A stretch of 64,000 nucleotides of DNA from an uncultured bacterium (GCA_937903035.1 CALCZP010000003.1:1156-65155); one strand, 5' to 3'; numbered from the stretch's first letter, positions 19,191 through 28,139 are shown. Numbers and translations: made by a program. The notes: a model not told the origin generated them from the letters alone.

Positions 19191-20111
19191 TTCAAGCTCC
19201 TGTTTTAGAAGTGGGACTATTTGCTTCCGCATAATTAGATTCGGTCTTTCTGCGACAGTACCCTCAAATTTAACATCGAGGACTTTCTCCAATAGACTCT
19301 TTGTAGCTTCATCTTCGGCGACAAAGAAGTTCCTACTATCTTCAAGCTCTATGGTGTTCTGGAAAATATAATCTAAGCTCATTTCACTTTTTATTTTATT
19401 GAGAACTTTCACGATATCTTGATCTCGTTCAGTTACCAGTTTTCTTGCGCCAATGATTTCGATTTGAGCAATACCGACTTTTTTGTCTCCCATTACAAAC
19501 CATGCAAAATCTCCCTCGATTCTTTCAGCTAGTTTTGCTCCTGAAAGATCAGATTTTGCTTCAAATAGTTCTTTCCAGAAAATGTCTGGCAACTGGGCTG
19601 TTTCATTTAAATACTCAGCAACCTTTCTATCTCGATCGGTGGTTACTCCACCTTTAAAGTTCAAGGTGTTTGAGATAACTGCTCCATAGAGCAATACTGC
19701 CGATTCTTTTGAAATAGGAGTATTTGTCTCCATAAACTTCTCAGCGATAAGACTTGCAGCAGCCCCGACAAGTTCTATTTGAACTTTTGCATTGGGAAAT
19801 TTATCAGCCTCGTGTATTTTTCTGTGATCAATGATCTCAATTACTTTCTCGGGTGCGATCTTACCCTCGATACCATTCAGATCGCTTGCATCAACGAGTA
19901 TCACTTCATCAAAGTCGTCTGCGTTTGGTATTGATTGAGGATATGCAAAATTATAACGATCGAGGATGTATTTAACTTCATCGTGAGGTTCTCCAATAAT
20001 TCCGACAACAGCATTCTTGCCGATCTTTTGTAAATATTCTGCATAGGCAATAGCACCAGCAACGCCGTCTAAGTCAGGATTTACATAGCAAGTGACAAGG
20101 ATAGGTTTCAT
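19188..20111 (-). CDS. DHH-family phosphoesterase, most like family II (Mn-dependent) inorganic pyrophosphatase
   Basis: N-terminus KPILVTCYVNPDLDGVAGAIAYAEYL matches the DHH motif region of PpaC/NrnA-type enzymes. 307 aa with a DHHA2-like C-terminus. Confidence 0.55.
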   Translation of the reverse strand: MKPILVTCYVNPDLDGVAGAIAYAEYLQKIGKNAVVGIIGEPHDEVKYILDRYNFAYPQSIPNADDFDEVILVDASDLNGIEGKIAPEKVIEIIDHRKIHEADKFPNAKVQIELVGAAASLIAEKFMETNTPISKESAVLLYGAVISNTLNFKGGVTTDRDRKVAEYLNETAQLPDIFWKELFEAKSDLSGAKLAERIEGDFAWFVMGDKKVGIAQIEIIGARKLVTERDQDIVKVLNKIKSEMSLDYIFQNTIELEDSRNFFVAEDEATKSLLEKVLDVKFEGTVAERPNLIMRKQIVPLLKQELE

Positions 20112-20115
20112 AAAC

Positions 20116-20805
20116 TTATTTGGTGGGTCGCTTAATTATTAAATCAATTTCAGGACTTTCAGATTTTAAATTAGCTATGACTTTCTCTACAACAGTTCCA
20201 ACTTCCATATAATCCTTAAGATCATCAGGATACTTTTCTTTATAAATATCTGTTTGCATACCACCAGGGAATATTCCGTAAACTTTGATATCCGTATCTT
20301 GAATTTCCTTGCGGATAGATTCAGTTAAACCTTTGATCGCAAACTTAGACGAAGCGTAGGCAGATATGCCTTGCTTACCATCAAGTCCAGCTGTTGAGTT
20401 TATATTTATAATTGCGCCGTTTCCTTGGCTTTTCATTTGGGTAAGAGCTACCTGGCATCCATAGAAATAACCAAAGAAATTTATATCAAACAAGTGATGT
20501 AATTTCTGAATATCAACTTCTTCTACCAAACTAGGAGCAATCTGAATTCCTGCATTATTTATCCAACAATCGATCTTTCCGTATTTCTTTACCGCGTAGT
20601 CAGATAAATTCTTAATATCCTCAAAAGAGGTTACGTCAGCAAGAAAATGATCAACAGCCAATTCTTGTGCTGTTGCTTCTAAATGTTCTATTTCATGACT
20701 GGAGATAATAACCCGAGCGTTTTCATTTTTAAATGCCTCAGCAAGTGCCTTGCCAAAACCCTGACTTCCGCCTGTTACTATAATTACCTTATCTTGAATC
20801 TTCAT
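20116..20805 (-). CDS. SDR-family short-chain dehydrogenase/reductase
   Basis: Rossmann motif IIVTGGSQGFGKALA and catalytic YxxxK (YASSKFAIK). Confidence 0.8.
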   Translation of the reverse strand: MKIQDKVIIVTGGSQGFGKALAEAFKNENARVIISSHEIEHLEATAQELAVDHFLADVTSFEDIKNLSDYAVKKYGKIDCWINNAGIQIAPSLVEEVDIQKLHHLFDINFFGYFYGCQVALTQMKSQGNGAIININSTAGLDGKQGISAYASSKFAIKGLTESIRKEIQDTDIKVYGIFPGGMQTDIYKEKYPDDLKDYMEVGTVVEKVIANLKSESPEIDLIIKRPTK

Positions 20806-20829
20806 AAGCCCATTTTATCATTTTTGAAC

Positions 20830-22149
20830 TTATTTCTCTAGACTGATCTTCTTCTGGCTCAACAATATCTTGCTCTTCAAACAACCGAGCATTTCTCGTT
20901 TTTCAAGATTCGATCCCTCTTTCAAAACGTACTTTGCATATCCTCGAATATCGATACTTGGAATATCAATCTTTTCCTTTGTTCCAAGGAGGAATTTTTG
21001 CAGTTTGGAGAATCGTTCAACATCAGCTTTTATTCTTTCCTTAACTTCGATCTCATTCAGATTGATTTTGTTGATCAGTTCCTCAAATTGTTTTAAGATT
21101 TCTTTCTCTTCGGTATAGCCACATTTGCAATCAGCACCTCGGGCTTTGGTGCATCCGTAATAGACATATCTTTGAACCGTTCCATTTTTATACTTCTTGA
21201 ATTTCTCATCGGCAGATATACCAGATCCGCAAAGTCCGCAGACCATCATCTTTGTGAAAGCGAATTCTTTGCCCTCGACTCGCAACACCTGACTTTTTAT
21301 TTGTTCTTGTACGAGGGTAAACAATTCTTTGGTGATAATCGGCTCGTGTTTTCCTGTATACCAGTTACCCGAACTGCGAGGATATTCAAATACGCCATAG
21401 TAGAAAGTGTTATCTAAAATTCTGTAGATATTCCCAAGGCTCAAATGTTTCTTTCCGTAAGCGCTTCTGAAGTTGAGATTGAATCTGAGCCAGTTGTATA
21501 TCTTTCTTCCGCTCCAATGCTCGTAGGCGACTTTCTCAAATATCTTCTTGATAGTCGGCGCCCGTTCTGGATCGATAAGCGTTTCGCATTTCCGATCTGT
21601 GCGTTTTTCTTTCATGTATCCAGTCGGAGCAGGACCAGGCCATAATCCCATCTCGACTCTGGTTCTCAAACCTCGCTTCACATTGATACTCTTATTGTCA
21701 TTTTCGAGCTTAGCTTGTGAACACAAAATCATCAAAAGGAATTTCTCGTTCGGTGAGTTTTTGAATTGCTGTCCATAGGTACGAATCTCCATAAGCAACT
21801 GTTGATCCATAAGATCGACGATTGAACCAAGGTCACCTGCGTTACGAGAAAGTCGATCAGGTGCCCAAGTTAGAATCCCATTAAACCGTCCTCGTCGTAC
21901 ATCCTCCAAGATTTCCTTATAGACAGGTCGTTGTCCTGATTCTTTTGCACTATGAGATTCTCTTCGTATCTCTACAACTTCCAAACCATCTCGTTCGGCA
22001 AGTTCAAGCATTTCCTTAATCTGAGAATCAATTGAAAGCACTTGTCGTTCTTCTGATTCGGTAGATTTTCGAGCATATAGTACATATTTTATTTTTTGTA
22101 CTGGTGCTATGACCTCCTTACCAATCCTGGCTGTGGTGTATGTTTCCAT
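20830..22149 (-). CDS. Large serine recombinase (resolvase/integrase family with recombinase and zinc-ribbon domains)
   Basis: N-terminal catalytic domain (YVLYARKSTESEERQVLSIDSQ...), central recombinase domain, Cys-rich zinc ribbon (CGLCGSG...CTKARGADCKCGY), coiled-coil tail. Confidence 0.8.
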   Translation of the reverse strand: METYTTARIGKEVIAPVQKIKYVLYARKSTESEERQVLSIDSQIKEMLELAERDGLEVVEIRRESHSAKESGQRPVYKEILEDVRRGRFNGILTWAPDRLSRNAGDLGSIVDLMDQQLLMEIRTYGQQFKNSPNEKFLLMILCSQAKLENDNKSINVKRGLRTRVEMGLWPGPAPTGYMKEKRTDRKCETLIDPERAPTIKKIFEKVAYEHWSGRKIYNWLRFNLNFRSAYGKKHLSLGNIYRILDNTFYYGVFEYPRSSGNWYTGKHEPIITKELFTLVQEQIKSQVLRVEGKEFAFTKMMVCGLCGSGISADEKFKKYKNGTVQRYVYYGCTKARGADCKCGYTEEKEILKQFEELINKINLNEIEVKERIKADVERFSKLQKFLLGTKEKIDIPSIDIRGYAKYVLKEGSNLEKREMLGCLKSKILLSQKKISLEK

Positions 22150-22178
22150 GTATTAATTAATGACAGACCAGTTGGTGG

Positions 22179-22192
22179 TGCATAGCTATGCA
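22179..22192. promoter_or_regulatory. Perfect 14-bp palindrome tgcatagctatgca between the recombinase and the ABC operon (candidate operator)
   Basis: Read directly from the sequence. Lies ~50 nt upstream of the predicted ABC-operon promoter. Confidence 0.35.
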
Positions 22193-22227
22193 GAACTAGA
22201 AATGCGTCGCATACTCGCAGGCTAGGC

Positions 22228-22256
22228 TTAGCAAAAAAATAAAATATGGTATAATT
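22228..22256 (+). promoter_or_regulatory. Sigma70-like promoter of the ABC transporter operon
   Basis: -35 ttagca, 17-nt spacer, extended -10 tggtataat. Lies ~40 nt upstream of the SBP start. Confidence 0.5.
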
Positions 22257-22293
22257 TGATCGTATAAAATTATTAGTTTAACTTAGAAAATAC

Positions 22294-23121
22294 ATGAACA
22301 AATACGGGAATTTAATTATAGGCGCATTGGCAATAGTTGCATTAATTGTTGGCTTTTCCGCACTAAGACAAAACAACAGTCAGTCGGTTGCGGACAAAGT
22401 AGTCGACCGTGGGGAAATTCGAATTGGGTACATTGTTTACCCACCACTTCTGTACAAAGACGAAGCAACAGGAAAATTGTCAGGTGTTTCCTATGATCTC
22501 GTAGAAGCGGCGGCAGCTAAGTTAAACCTCAAAACAAACTGGGTTGAAGAAGTAGGCTGGGGTTCTGCTATCGAAGGACTCAAAACCAAGCGCTATGATA
22601 TTCTCGGAACTCAAATGTGGCCAAACTCTGCGCGAGCGCGGGAAGCAGTATTTTCTATCGCACCATTCAATAGTGTTATTTATCCGTATGTAAAAGCGGG
22701 CGATACTCGATTTGAGGGTAACCTTGCAAAGTTAAACTCGAATCAGTACACGATCAGTGCTGTTGACGGAGAAATGGCAACATTTATTGCAGCACAAGAT
22801 TATCCAAACGCAAAAATGAATGCATTGCCACAACTTACTTCATACGCAGAGGTGTTGCTAAATATCGTAAATGGAAAAGCTGATATTGGTTTCATTGAAC
22901 CGTCTACTGCCAATGACTTCTTAAAAACAAATCCTGGGAAAATTGTTCGCGTTGGAACCACCCCTGTTCGCACATTTGGAAATAGCTTTGCATTTGCGCG
23001 TGGTCAGGAATCCATGGTTTCAATGTGGAATGTTGCGATCGGCGAACTTATCAACGATGGAACCGTAACGCGAACGCTAGAAAAATATGGCGTTGCTAGA
23101 GACTACACGTTGAACAAATAA
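22294..23121 (+). CDS. ABC transporter substrate-binding protein, family 3 (polar amino-acid type), membrane-anchored
   Basis: N-terminal anchor and SBP_bac_3-like fold. First gene of an SBP-permease-ATPase operon. Confidence 0.75.
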   Translation: MNKYGNLIIGALAIVALIVGFSALRQNNSQSVADKVVDRGEIRIGYIVYPPLLYKDEATGKLSGVSYDLVEAAAAKLNLKTNWVEEVGWGSAIEGLKTKRYDILGTQMWPNSARAREAVFSIAPFNSVIYPYVKAGDTRFEGNLAKLNSNQYTISAVDGEMATFIAAQDYPNAKMNALPQLTSYAEVLLNIVNGKADIGFIEPSTANDFLKTNPGKIVRVGTTPVRTFGNSFAFARGQESMVSMWNVAIGELINDGTVTRTLEKYGVARDYTLNK

Positions 23122-23129
23122 TAATCATT

Positions 23130-23783
23130 ATGTTTCAAGTTTTGATTCAATATCATCACTTGTTGCTACAAGGATTTCTGACAACCTTGAAACTTCTTGG
23201 ATGCATCATGCTTATCGGGGTTCCGTTTGGAACCCTTTTAGGCGTGATAGGAGGAAGATACAGTTTTGAGGTTGGAAAAGTGGTAAAAGTTGCTCGTTTT
23301 ATTACTAAAGTTATCCCTGTTCTTGTGCTCTTATTCTGGCTTCATTATCCCTTACAAGGCATGCTTGGTATCGTGATAGATCCATTCTGGACAACAATTT
23401 TTGCTCTCGGACTTATTAATATCATCGCAGTTGCTAATATTGTGACAAGCGAACTGGAACTACTCCCGAAATCATATCGTGAAGCAGGAATCACACTTGG
23501 TATGTCTAAAAATCAAATAGTGAAACATATCGAAATTCCATTGCTTGTAAGAAGGACTCTCCCTCAATTGTTACTTACTCAAGCCGCAATGCTCGAATAT
23601 ACTCTGTTTGCAAGTCTTATTTCAGTACCAGAATTATTTCGTACGGCGCAAACTATCAATGCGATGATTTATAAACCTGTAGAAATTTATTCGCTTCTCG
23701 TCTTGTTCTTCTTGATCATTCTTGCACCGCTCCATTTGCTTATTTCATGGTTGCAGAAAAGATATATCGCAGAATATGCTTAA
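23130..23783 (+). CDS. Amino-acid ABC transporter permease (HisM/GlnP family)
   Basis: Five TM helices and an EAA-like loop (MSKNQIVKHIEIPLLVRRTLPQL). Confidence 0.8.
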   Translation: MFQVLIQYHHLLLQGFLTTLKLLGCIMLIGVPFGTLLGVIGGRYSFEVGKVVKVARFITKVIPVLVLLFWLHYPLQGMLGIVIDPFWTTIFALGLINIIAVANIVTSELELLPKSYREAGITLGMSKNQIVKHIEIPLLVRRTLPQLLLTQAAMLEYTLFASLISVPELFRTAQTINAMIYKPVEIYSLLVLFFLIILAPLHLLISWLQKRYIAEYA

Positions 23784-24897
23784 AATTACTCACGCTACAA
23801 AAAAATATACTGATACCGTGGATATTCGTGGAATTAACGATGTATCTTTTTCTATTTCGAGCGGAGAAATTGTATGTGTATTAGGACAAAGCGGCTCAGG
23901 AAAAAGTACATTACTTCGGGTACTTGCAGAACTTGAAACACTAGATAAAGGCACAGTATCAGTAAATGGAAATGCTCTTGCAAGTTATGTATCCCAAGAT
24001 TATACTCTCTGGCCTCACTTAACGGTTTTGGAAAATCTTACGCTTGCACCAAAACTAAAATCAATTGGTAAAGAAAAAAATATTGCAGAGGAAGCCAAAA
24101 AGCTATTACACCGTTTCGGTTTGGAAGATTATGCAAATAACTATCCATCAGAATTGTCTGGCGGACAAAGGCAAAGAGTTGCGCTTTTGCGAGCAATAAT
24201 GATCAAGCCAAAAATACTTTTGCTCGACGAAATAACATCCGCTCTTGATCCAGAACTCACAAAAAGCGTACTCGATCTTATACGAGCTTTAGCAAAGGAC
24301 GGTTATACGATGATTATCGTCACACACCACATGTCCTTCGCTATGTCCGTAGCTGATCGGATAATCTTTCTCAAGAATGGCTCTATTTTACAAGACGAGA
24401 AAATGATCCAATTTTTCACAGCGCAATCTAATCCAGAAATTCAATCCTTCATCCTCGATATTGCAAAACGCGATGAGTCAATCGAAGTTTTCAAGGGTCT
24501 TGAGCAGTTCCAAGCATATCATCTGGGACTTATGAAAAGATTGCCAGAAAATTCTACAATCTATGTGGCTGGGGCTGTCGGGGATGCCTGGTATAGTCCA
24601 ATGGGTGAATTTTATAAACACTACGAAGATTTGAGAATCAAAAAGCATATTGCATGGAAAATGGTAACCTACGATCAAGGGGAAACTGATCGAAGATTAG
24701 TAAAAGATTTCCCAGAGCTTAATCAGTTCCGCAGTATGCCAAGAAATATTCAAAACCCTGCCAACTATAATGTTTTTGGAGATACCGTTATTACGCAGAT
24801 TTTCGAGAACGAGCCAACCATTATTCAAATAAAAAATCAGTCAATTGCGGATGCATACATGAGATTTTTTGAAGAATTATGGAATGCCGGAAAATAA
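23776..24897 (+). CDS. Amino-acid ABC transporter ATP-binding protein with a ~130-aa C-terminal extension of unknown function
   Basis: Walker A GQSGSGKST, signature LSGGQRQRVALLRA, Walker B LLLDEITSALD, H-loop. Start set at MLKITHATKKY, overlapping the permease stop by 8 nt. Confidence 0.85.
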   Translation: MLKITHATKKYTDTVDIRGINDVSFSISSGEIVCVLGQSGSGKSTLLRVLAELETLDKGTVSVNGNALASYVSQDYTLWPHLTVLENLTLAPKLKSIGKEKNIAEEAKKLLHRFGLEDYANNYPSELSGGQRQRVALLRAIMIKPKILLLDEITSALDPELTKSVLDLIRALAKDGYTMIIVTHHMSFAMSVADRIIFLKNGSILQDEKMIQFFTAQSNPEIQSFILDIAKRDESIEVFKGLEQFQAYHLGLMKRLPENSTIYVAGAVGDAWYSPMGEFYKHYEDLRIKKHIAWKMVTYDQGETDRRLVKDFPELNQFRSMPRNIQNPANYNVFGDTVITQIFENEPTIIQIKNQSIADAYMRFFEELWNAGK

Positions 24898-24920
24898 TTA
24901 TCAATTTAAATCCAAAAAAC

Positions 24921-25634
24921 ATGACAACAAATAACAATTTTTCAGATACTTTAGTCGAGGAATATGATCTTTTTGGAAAAGTGTTTCCTTTTCATGACGA
25001 CTTGCAAAATACGATTCCTGAATCATTGAAAGAACATTTTGCAGGTGAAACTAATGGGGGGGCTTCACTCAACTTTCTTGATATTGGAGCTGGATACGGT
25101 TTTACAACAAAATTAGTTGCAAAGGAATTTCCAAAGGCACATTTTATCCTTAATGAATACGATTCTGAACTTATCAGCCGAGCCGATGCTTACTTAAGTG
25201 ATTATAGTCATGAGAAAAAAGTTGGCGATATAGAAGAAATAATAAAAGCGATCCCAGATCAGTCGATTGATGGGGTTTATACCGCATGGGTTATACACAA
25301 TTTTCCTCCAAATAAACGCGAAGTGATCTATCGCGAAATTTCCCGCGTCTTAAAACCAGGAGGTGTATTTGTTGCATTAGAAAAAGTTGGAAATACTGGT
25401 GAGCAGAGATTGAAAGACCTTTCACAGTCAATCGTTGATTTGTATCCTTTTGTCACAAAGTACAACAGACCCGACTTGTTTATTGAATGGGTTAAGCACG
25501 ATCTAAGAGATGAAGATATGGATTTAGTCTTTACGGATGATGAAAACAAAAAACTCCTCGACGAGAATAATTTTGATTGGAAATACATCAAACATATTTT
25601 ATTGGAGAAAGTTGTCGTGGCTGTTAAAAACTAA
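24921..25634 (+). CDS. Class I SAM-dependent methyltransferase
   Basis: Motif I LDIGAGYGFTT and motif post-II VLKPGGVFV. AT-rich. Start trimmed to the internal ATG. Confidence 0.65.
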   Translation: MTTNNNFSDTLVEEYDLFGKVFPFHDDLQNTIPESLKEHFAGETNGGASLNFLDIGAGYGFTTKLVAKEFPKAHFILNEYDSELISRADAYLSDYSHEKKVGDIEEIIKAIPDQSIDGVYTAWVIHNFPPNKREVIYREISRVLKPGGVFVALEKVGNTGEQRLKDLSQSIVDLYPFVTKYNRPDLFIEWVKHDLRDEDMDLVFTDDENKKLLDENNFDWKYIKHILLEKVVVAVKN

Positions 25635-25639
25635 ATAAA

Positions 25640-25677
25640 AAAAGACCTCGTGATCTACGAGGTCTTTTTCTGTTTTA
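25640..25677 (+). terminator. Rho-independent terminator ending the ABC/methyltransferase operon
   Basis: gacctcgt-gatc-tacgaggtc followed by tttttctgtttt. Confidence 0.7.
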
Positions 25678-25785
25678 ACTTGTCTCAAAAATAGTTACAG
25701 TGCCTTGTAACAAAACACCTCAAGTACTGTCACTTTTGTCACTTTTTGGTACGCTCGAGACGCGTCGATTTTAAATCTGAAAAAA

Positions 25786-25794
25786 TGCTAAAAT
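25786..25794 (+). promoter_or_regulatory. Extended -10 element (TGcTAAAAT) upstream of mscL
   Basis: tgctaaaat lies ~50 nt before the mscL start. Confidence 0.4.
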
Positions 25795-25845
25795 AGCCTT
25801 ACAGGGCTTGTCGGGGTTTAGTTCTAACACGACGCTCTCCGCAAA

Positions 25846-26190
25846 ATGGATGAACTTCGAGCAAAAGCAAAAGAGCGTATGAAAGCCCGCGTTGGTGGAT
25901 TCGCCGACTTTATTCGTGAACAAGGTGTTATTGGACTTGCGATCGGTTTTATTCTTGGAGGAGCAGTATCCAAGACGGTCACTTCCCTCGTCGACAATAT
26001 TATCAACCCACTTGTCGGCATCATGCTTGGCAAGGTTGACCTCAAAGACAAGGTACTCACCGTAGATCACACTATTATTCACTACGGCGCATTCATCTCA
26101 AGTATTGTCGACTTCATCATTGTGGCAGCGGTCATCTACTTTGTATTCAAAGGACTTAGACTCGATCGTATCGATAAAAAGAACGTGTAG
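25846..26190 (+). CDS. mscL: Large-conductance mechanosensitive channel
   Basis: FADFIREQGVIGLAIGFILGGAVSKTVTSLVDNIINPLVG matches the MscL TM1/periplasmic-loop consensus. Confidence 0.85.
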   Translation: MDELRAKAKERMKARVGGFADFIREQGVIGLAIGFILGGAVSKTVTSLVDNIINPLVGIMLGKVDLKDKVLTVDHTIIHYGAFISSIVDFIIVAAVIYFVFKGLRLDRIDKKNV

Positions 26191-26209
26191 TCCATGGTAC
26201 ACTTTATCC

Positions 26210-26668
26210 ATGGAAAACATCTCGTGGACCACACTTGAATTTCAAGAAAAAGACCGCCATCCTGACTGGATCTGGTATGCAGGACTCATATTTGCTGTCG
26301 CTGCTACCCTCTCTTTTTTCTACAAGAACATTTTCTTTGGAATTTTCCTCGTTATTGCAGGTGTATGCACGGTTATGTTCGCCGGACACGCACCTAAAAA
26401 GCTGCTTGTAACCATTGCCGAGAAAGAAGTGACGGTAAACGAGGAGTCATTTGAATACCCACGGATAAAACAGTTTTGGATTGACGAAACCGGAAAACAA
26501 GATAAGCTGTTACTGCTCGTCAAAGGTTCCTTTGTGCCAGTGATCGGCCTTGATCTAGAGGGCGTCACCGCAGAGACCGTACGAGCAGCACTCATTGCCC
26601 GAGGTGTCGCAGAGGTCGCAATGCGCGAATCCTTTGGCATCAAGATTGCCGAACGCCTCGGCTTTTAA
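26210..26668 (+). CDS. Hypothetical 2-TM membrane protein
   Basis: Start trimmed to MENISWTTLEF, because the track ORF overlaps mscL. Confidence 0.4.
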   Translation: MENISWTTLEFQEKDRHPDWIWYAGLIFAVAATLSFFYKNIFFGIFLVIAGVCTVMFAGHAPKKLLVTIAEKEVTVNEESFEYPRIKQFWIDETGKQDKLLLLVKGSFVPVIGLDLEGVTAETVRAALIARGVAEVAMRESFGIKIAERLGF

Positions 26669-26673
26669 TACCC

Positions 26674-26745
26674 CCTCTCGTCGTTCAATGGATAGGACAC
26701 AACTTTGCGGAAGTTGTGATGTAGGTTCGATTCCTACCGAGAGGA
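26674..26745 (+). tRNA. tRNA with anticodon GCG (Arg-decoding), unusual C1:G72 and A73
   Basis: Cloverleaf CCTCTCG-TC-GTTC-AATGGATA-GGAC-A-CAACT-TTGCGGA-AGTTG-TGAT-GTAGG-TTCGATT-CCTAC-CGAGAGG-A. All stems perfect. Bacteria normally use ACG (inosine) for this box. Confidence 0.65.
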
Positions 26746-26752
26746 CAATAAG

Positions 26753-26783
26753 AAAAAACACTGATTTTATGTCAGTGTTTTTT
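26753..26783. terminator. Bidirectional hairpin terminator
   Basis: aaaaaacactga-ttttat-tcagtgtttttt. Confidence 0.55.
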
Positions 26784-26795
26784 CTTATATGACCC

Positions 26796-26822
26796 CCGAA
26801 GGTAGGAATCGAACCGTAGGCA
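26796..26822 (-). other. Inverted tRNA 3'-fragment (T-loop plus acceptor-like CGGGGG) resembling the 3' end of tRNA-Arg(TCT)
   Basis: Minus strand reads CCTACGGTTCGATTCCTACCTTCGGGGGTCA. It shares GGTTCGATTCCTAC(C) with both Arg tRNAs but has no complementary T-stem, so it is not a functional tRNA. Confidence 0.3.
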
Positions 26823-26909
26823 CACATATTTTTAAGGAGTGCGAGCGATTATAAAAATAGTGTGTTTCGAGCGGAAGTATGGAGCGAGAAACGATTCCCT
26901 ACCGAGAAA

Positions 26910-27176
26910 CTATTCCTTCACTCCCGCCCACTTCTTCAATTCATCATACGTCACTTCCCCACAGAGCCACTCTTTGTTCTCACTGCTGTAGAAAAACGGT
27001 ACACCGCCACATTCCCCACTACTATCGCACTCCTCCACAAATGCCATGTTTGCCTTGTCATGCCAGACTTCTTTGCGCTCAATATGCACCGACGGATACT
27101 CTTTCATGAGTTTGTCAGTTAGTTCTCGCATTCTCTGACAGTGCGGACATTCAAGACCATAGAATTCGTATAACAT
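26910..27176 (-). CDS. Glutaredoxin-like protein (NrdH/thioredoxin-fold, CPHC active site)
   Basis: MLYEFYGLECPHCQRMRELTDKLMKEY. The track ORF begins at an upstream TTG; the ATG at 27176-27174 fits the family better. Frame checked codon by codon. Confidence 0.6.
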   Translation of the reverse strand: MLYEFYGLECPHCQRMRELTDKLMKEYPSVHIERKEVWHDKANMAFVEECDSSGECGGVPFFYSSENKEWLCGEVTYDELKKWAGVKE

Positions 27177-27230
27177 GACCAAAGTATAGCAAATAAAAAA
27201 CAACCTCTTTCGAAGTTGTTTTTTGAATCT

Positions 27231-27491
27231 TTACTTTTCTTTCGCCATTCGAGAAAGACGAGCTTTCTTGCGGCTTGCGGTGTTCTTTTTGATGACACCT
27301 TTCTTTGCAGCCTTGTCGATTGCACTATAGGCAGCTGAGAGACTTTCTTTTGCAGTCTTCCATTCCTTTGCAAGTGCAAGTTTCTGCACCTTCTTGACGC
27401 CCTCCTTGAGGACTTTCTTGGTGCGGTCGTTTACCTCCTTTTTGCGGAGTGAGACGCGATGCGCTTTGTGAGCTGATTTGGTGATTGGCAT
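27231..27491 (-). CDS. rpsT: 30S ribosomal protein S20
   Basis: MPITKSAHKAHRVSLRKKEVNDRTK... is typical S20, 86 aa. Confidence 0.9.
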   Translation of the reverse strand: MPITKSAHKAHRVSLRKKEVNDRTKKVLKEGVKKVQKLALAKEWKTAKESLSAAYSAIDKAAKKGVIKKNTASRKKARLSRMAKEK

Positions 27492-27559
27492 AACGGCAAA
27501 ACTATAGCAGACGAAGCCTTAAATGGCAACCCGGAGTCCTTATTTGCTATGATACAAGC

Positions 27560-28105
27560 ATGATTGCTCGAATTACTGGTACTGTTGTTGAAATCCTTGA
27601 AAAAGGTGTTGTCGTTGAAACCGGCGGTATTGGCTACCTCATATATACCCCATCAGCCACACCTATCGGTTCAACTGCAACATTTCATACCCATCTAGTG
27701 ATTCGCGACGATGCACACGAACTCTTTGGATTTGAAACGCCAGAAGAAAAGTTACTCTTCTCTATTCTCATTAGTGTCTCAGGCGTTGGTCCAAAAACAG
27801 CACTTCAGATGCTCACCCTCTATCCTCTGAGTGAGCTCGTTGGTGCGATCCGCAATGGTGATGCCAAGACTATCTCTATGGTTCCCGGTATCGGCAAGAA
27901 AACTGCCGAGAAGGTCGTGATTGATCTCAAAGACAAACTCGGTGGATTTGCTGCAAGCGAGTCTGCTCCGCATAACGATCTCGTCGAAGCACTTATATCA
28001 CTGGGCTACAAAGATACCCAAATTCGTCCTGTGGTAGGATCAATCGATGCCAACCTTCCTATTGAAAAACAGATCACCCAAGCTCTCCAGTTAATTCAAA
28101 AATAA
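27560..28105 (+). CDS. ruvA: Holliday junction DNA helicase RuvA
   Basis: MIARITGTVVE... OB-fold N-terminus, HhH motifs (SGVGPKTALQML, PGIGKKTAEKVV), C-terminal domain III. Confidence 0.9.
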   Translation: MIARITGTVVEILEKGVVVETGGIGYLIYTPSATPIGSTATFHTHLVIRDDAHELFGFETPEEKLLFSILISVSGVGPKTALQMLTLYPLSELVGAIRNGDAKTISMVPGIGKKTAEKVVIDLKDKLGGFAASESAPHNDLVEALISLGYKDTQIRPVVGSIDANLPIEKQITQALQLIQK

Positions 28106-28139
28106 AAACTACCTCATCGATATGAAGTAGTTAAACTTA

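Noticed and set aside
25680-25850. Direct repeat of the tRNA-Ser 3' end marking the far boundary (attR) of the recombinase island
   Set aside because: Only a 6-7 nt match (ctccgc) was found, which is not distinguishable from chance. Large serine recombinases do not require tRNA-derived repeats.
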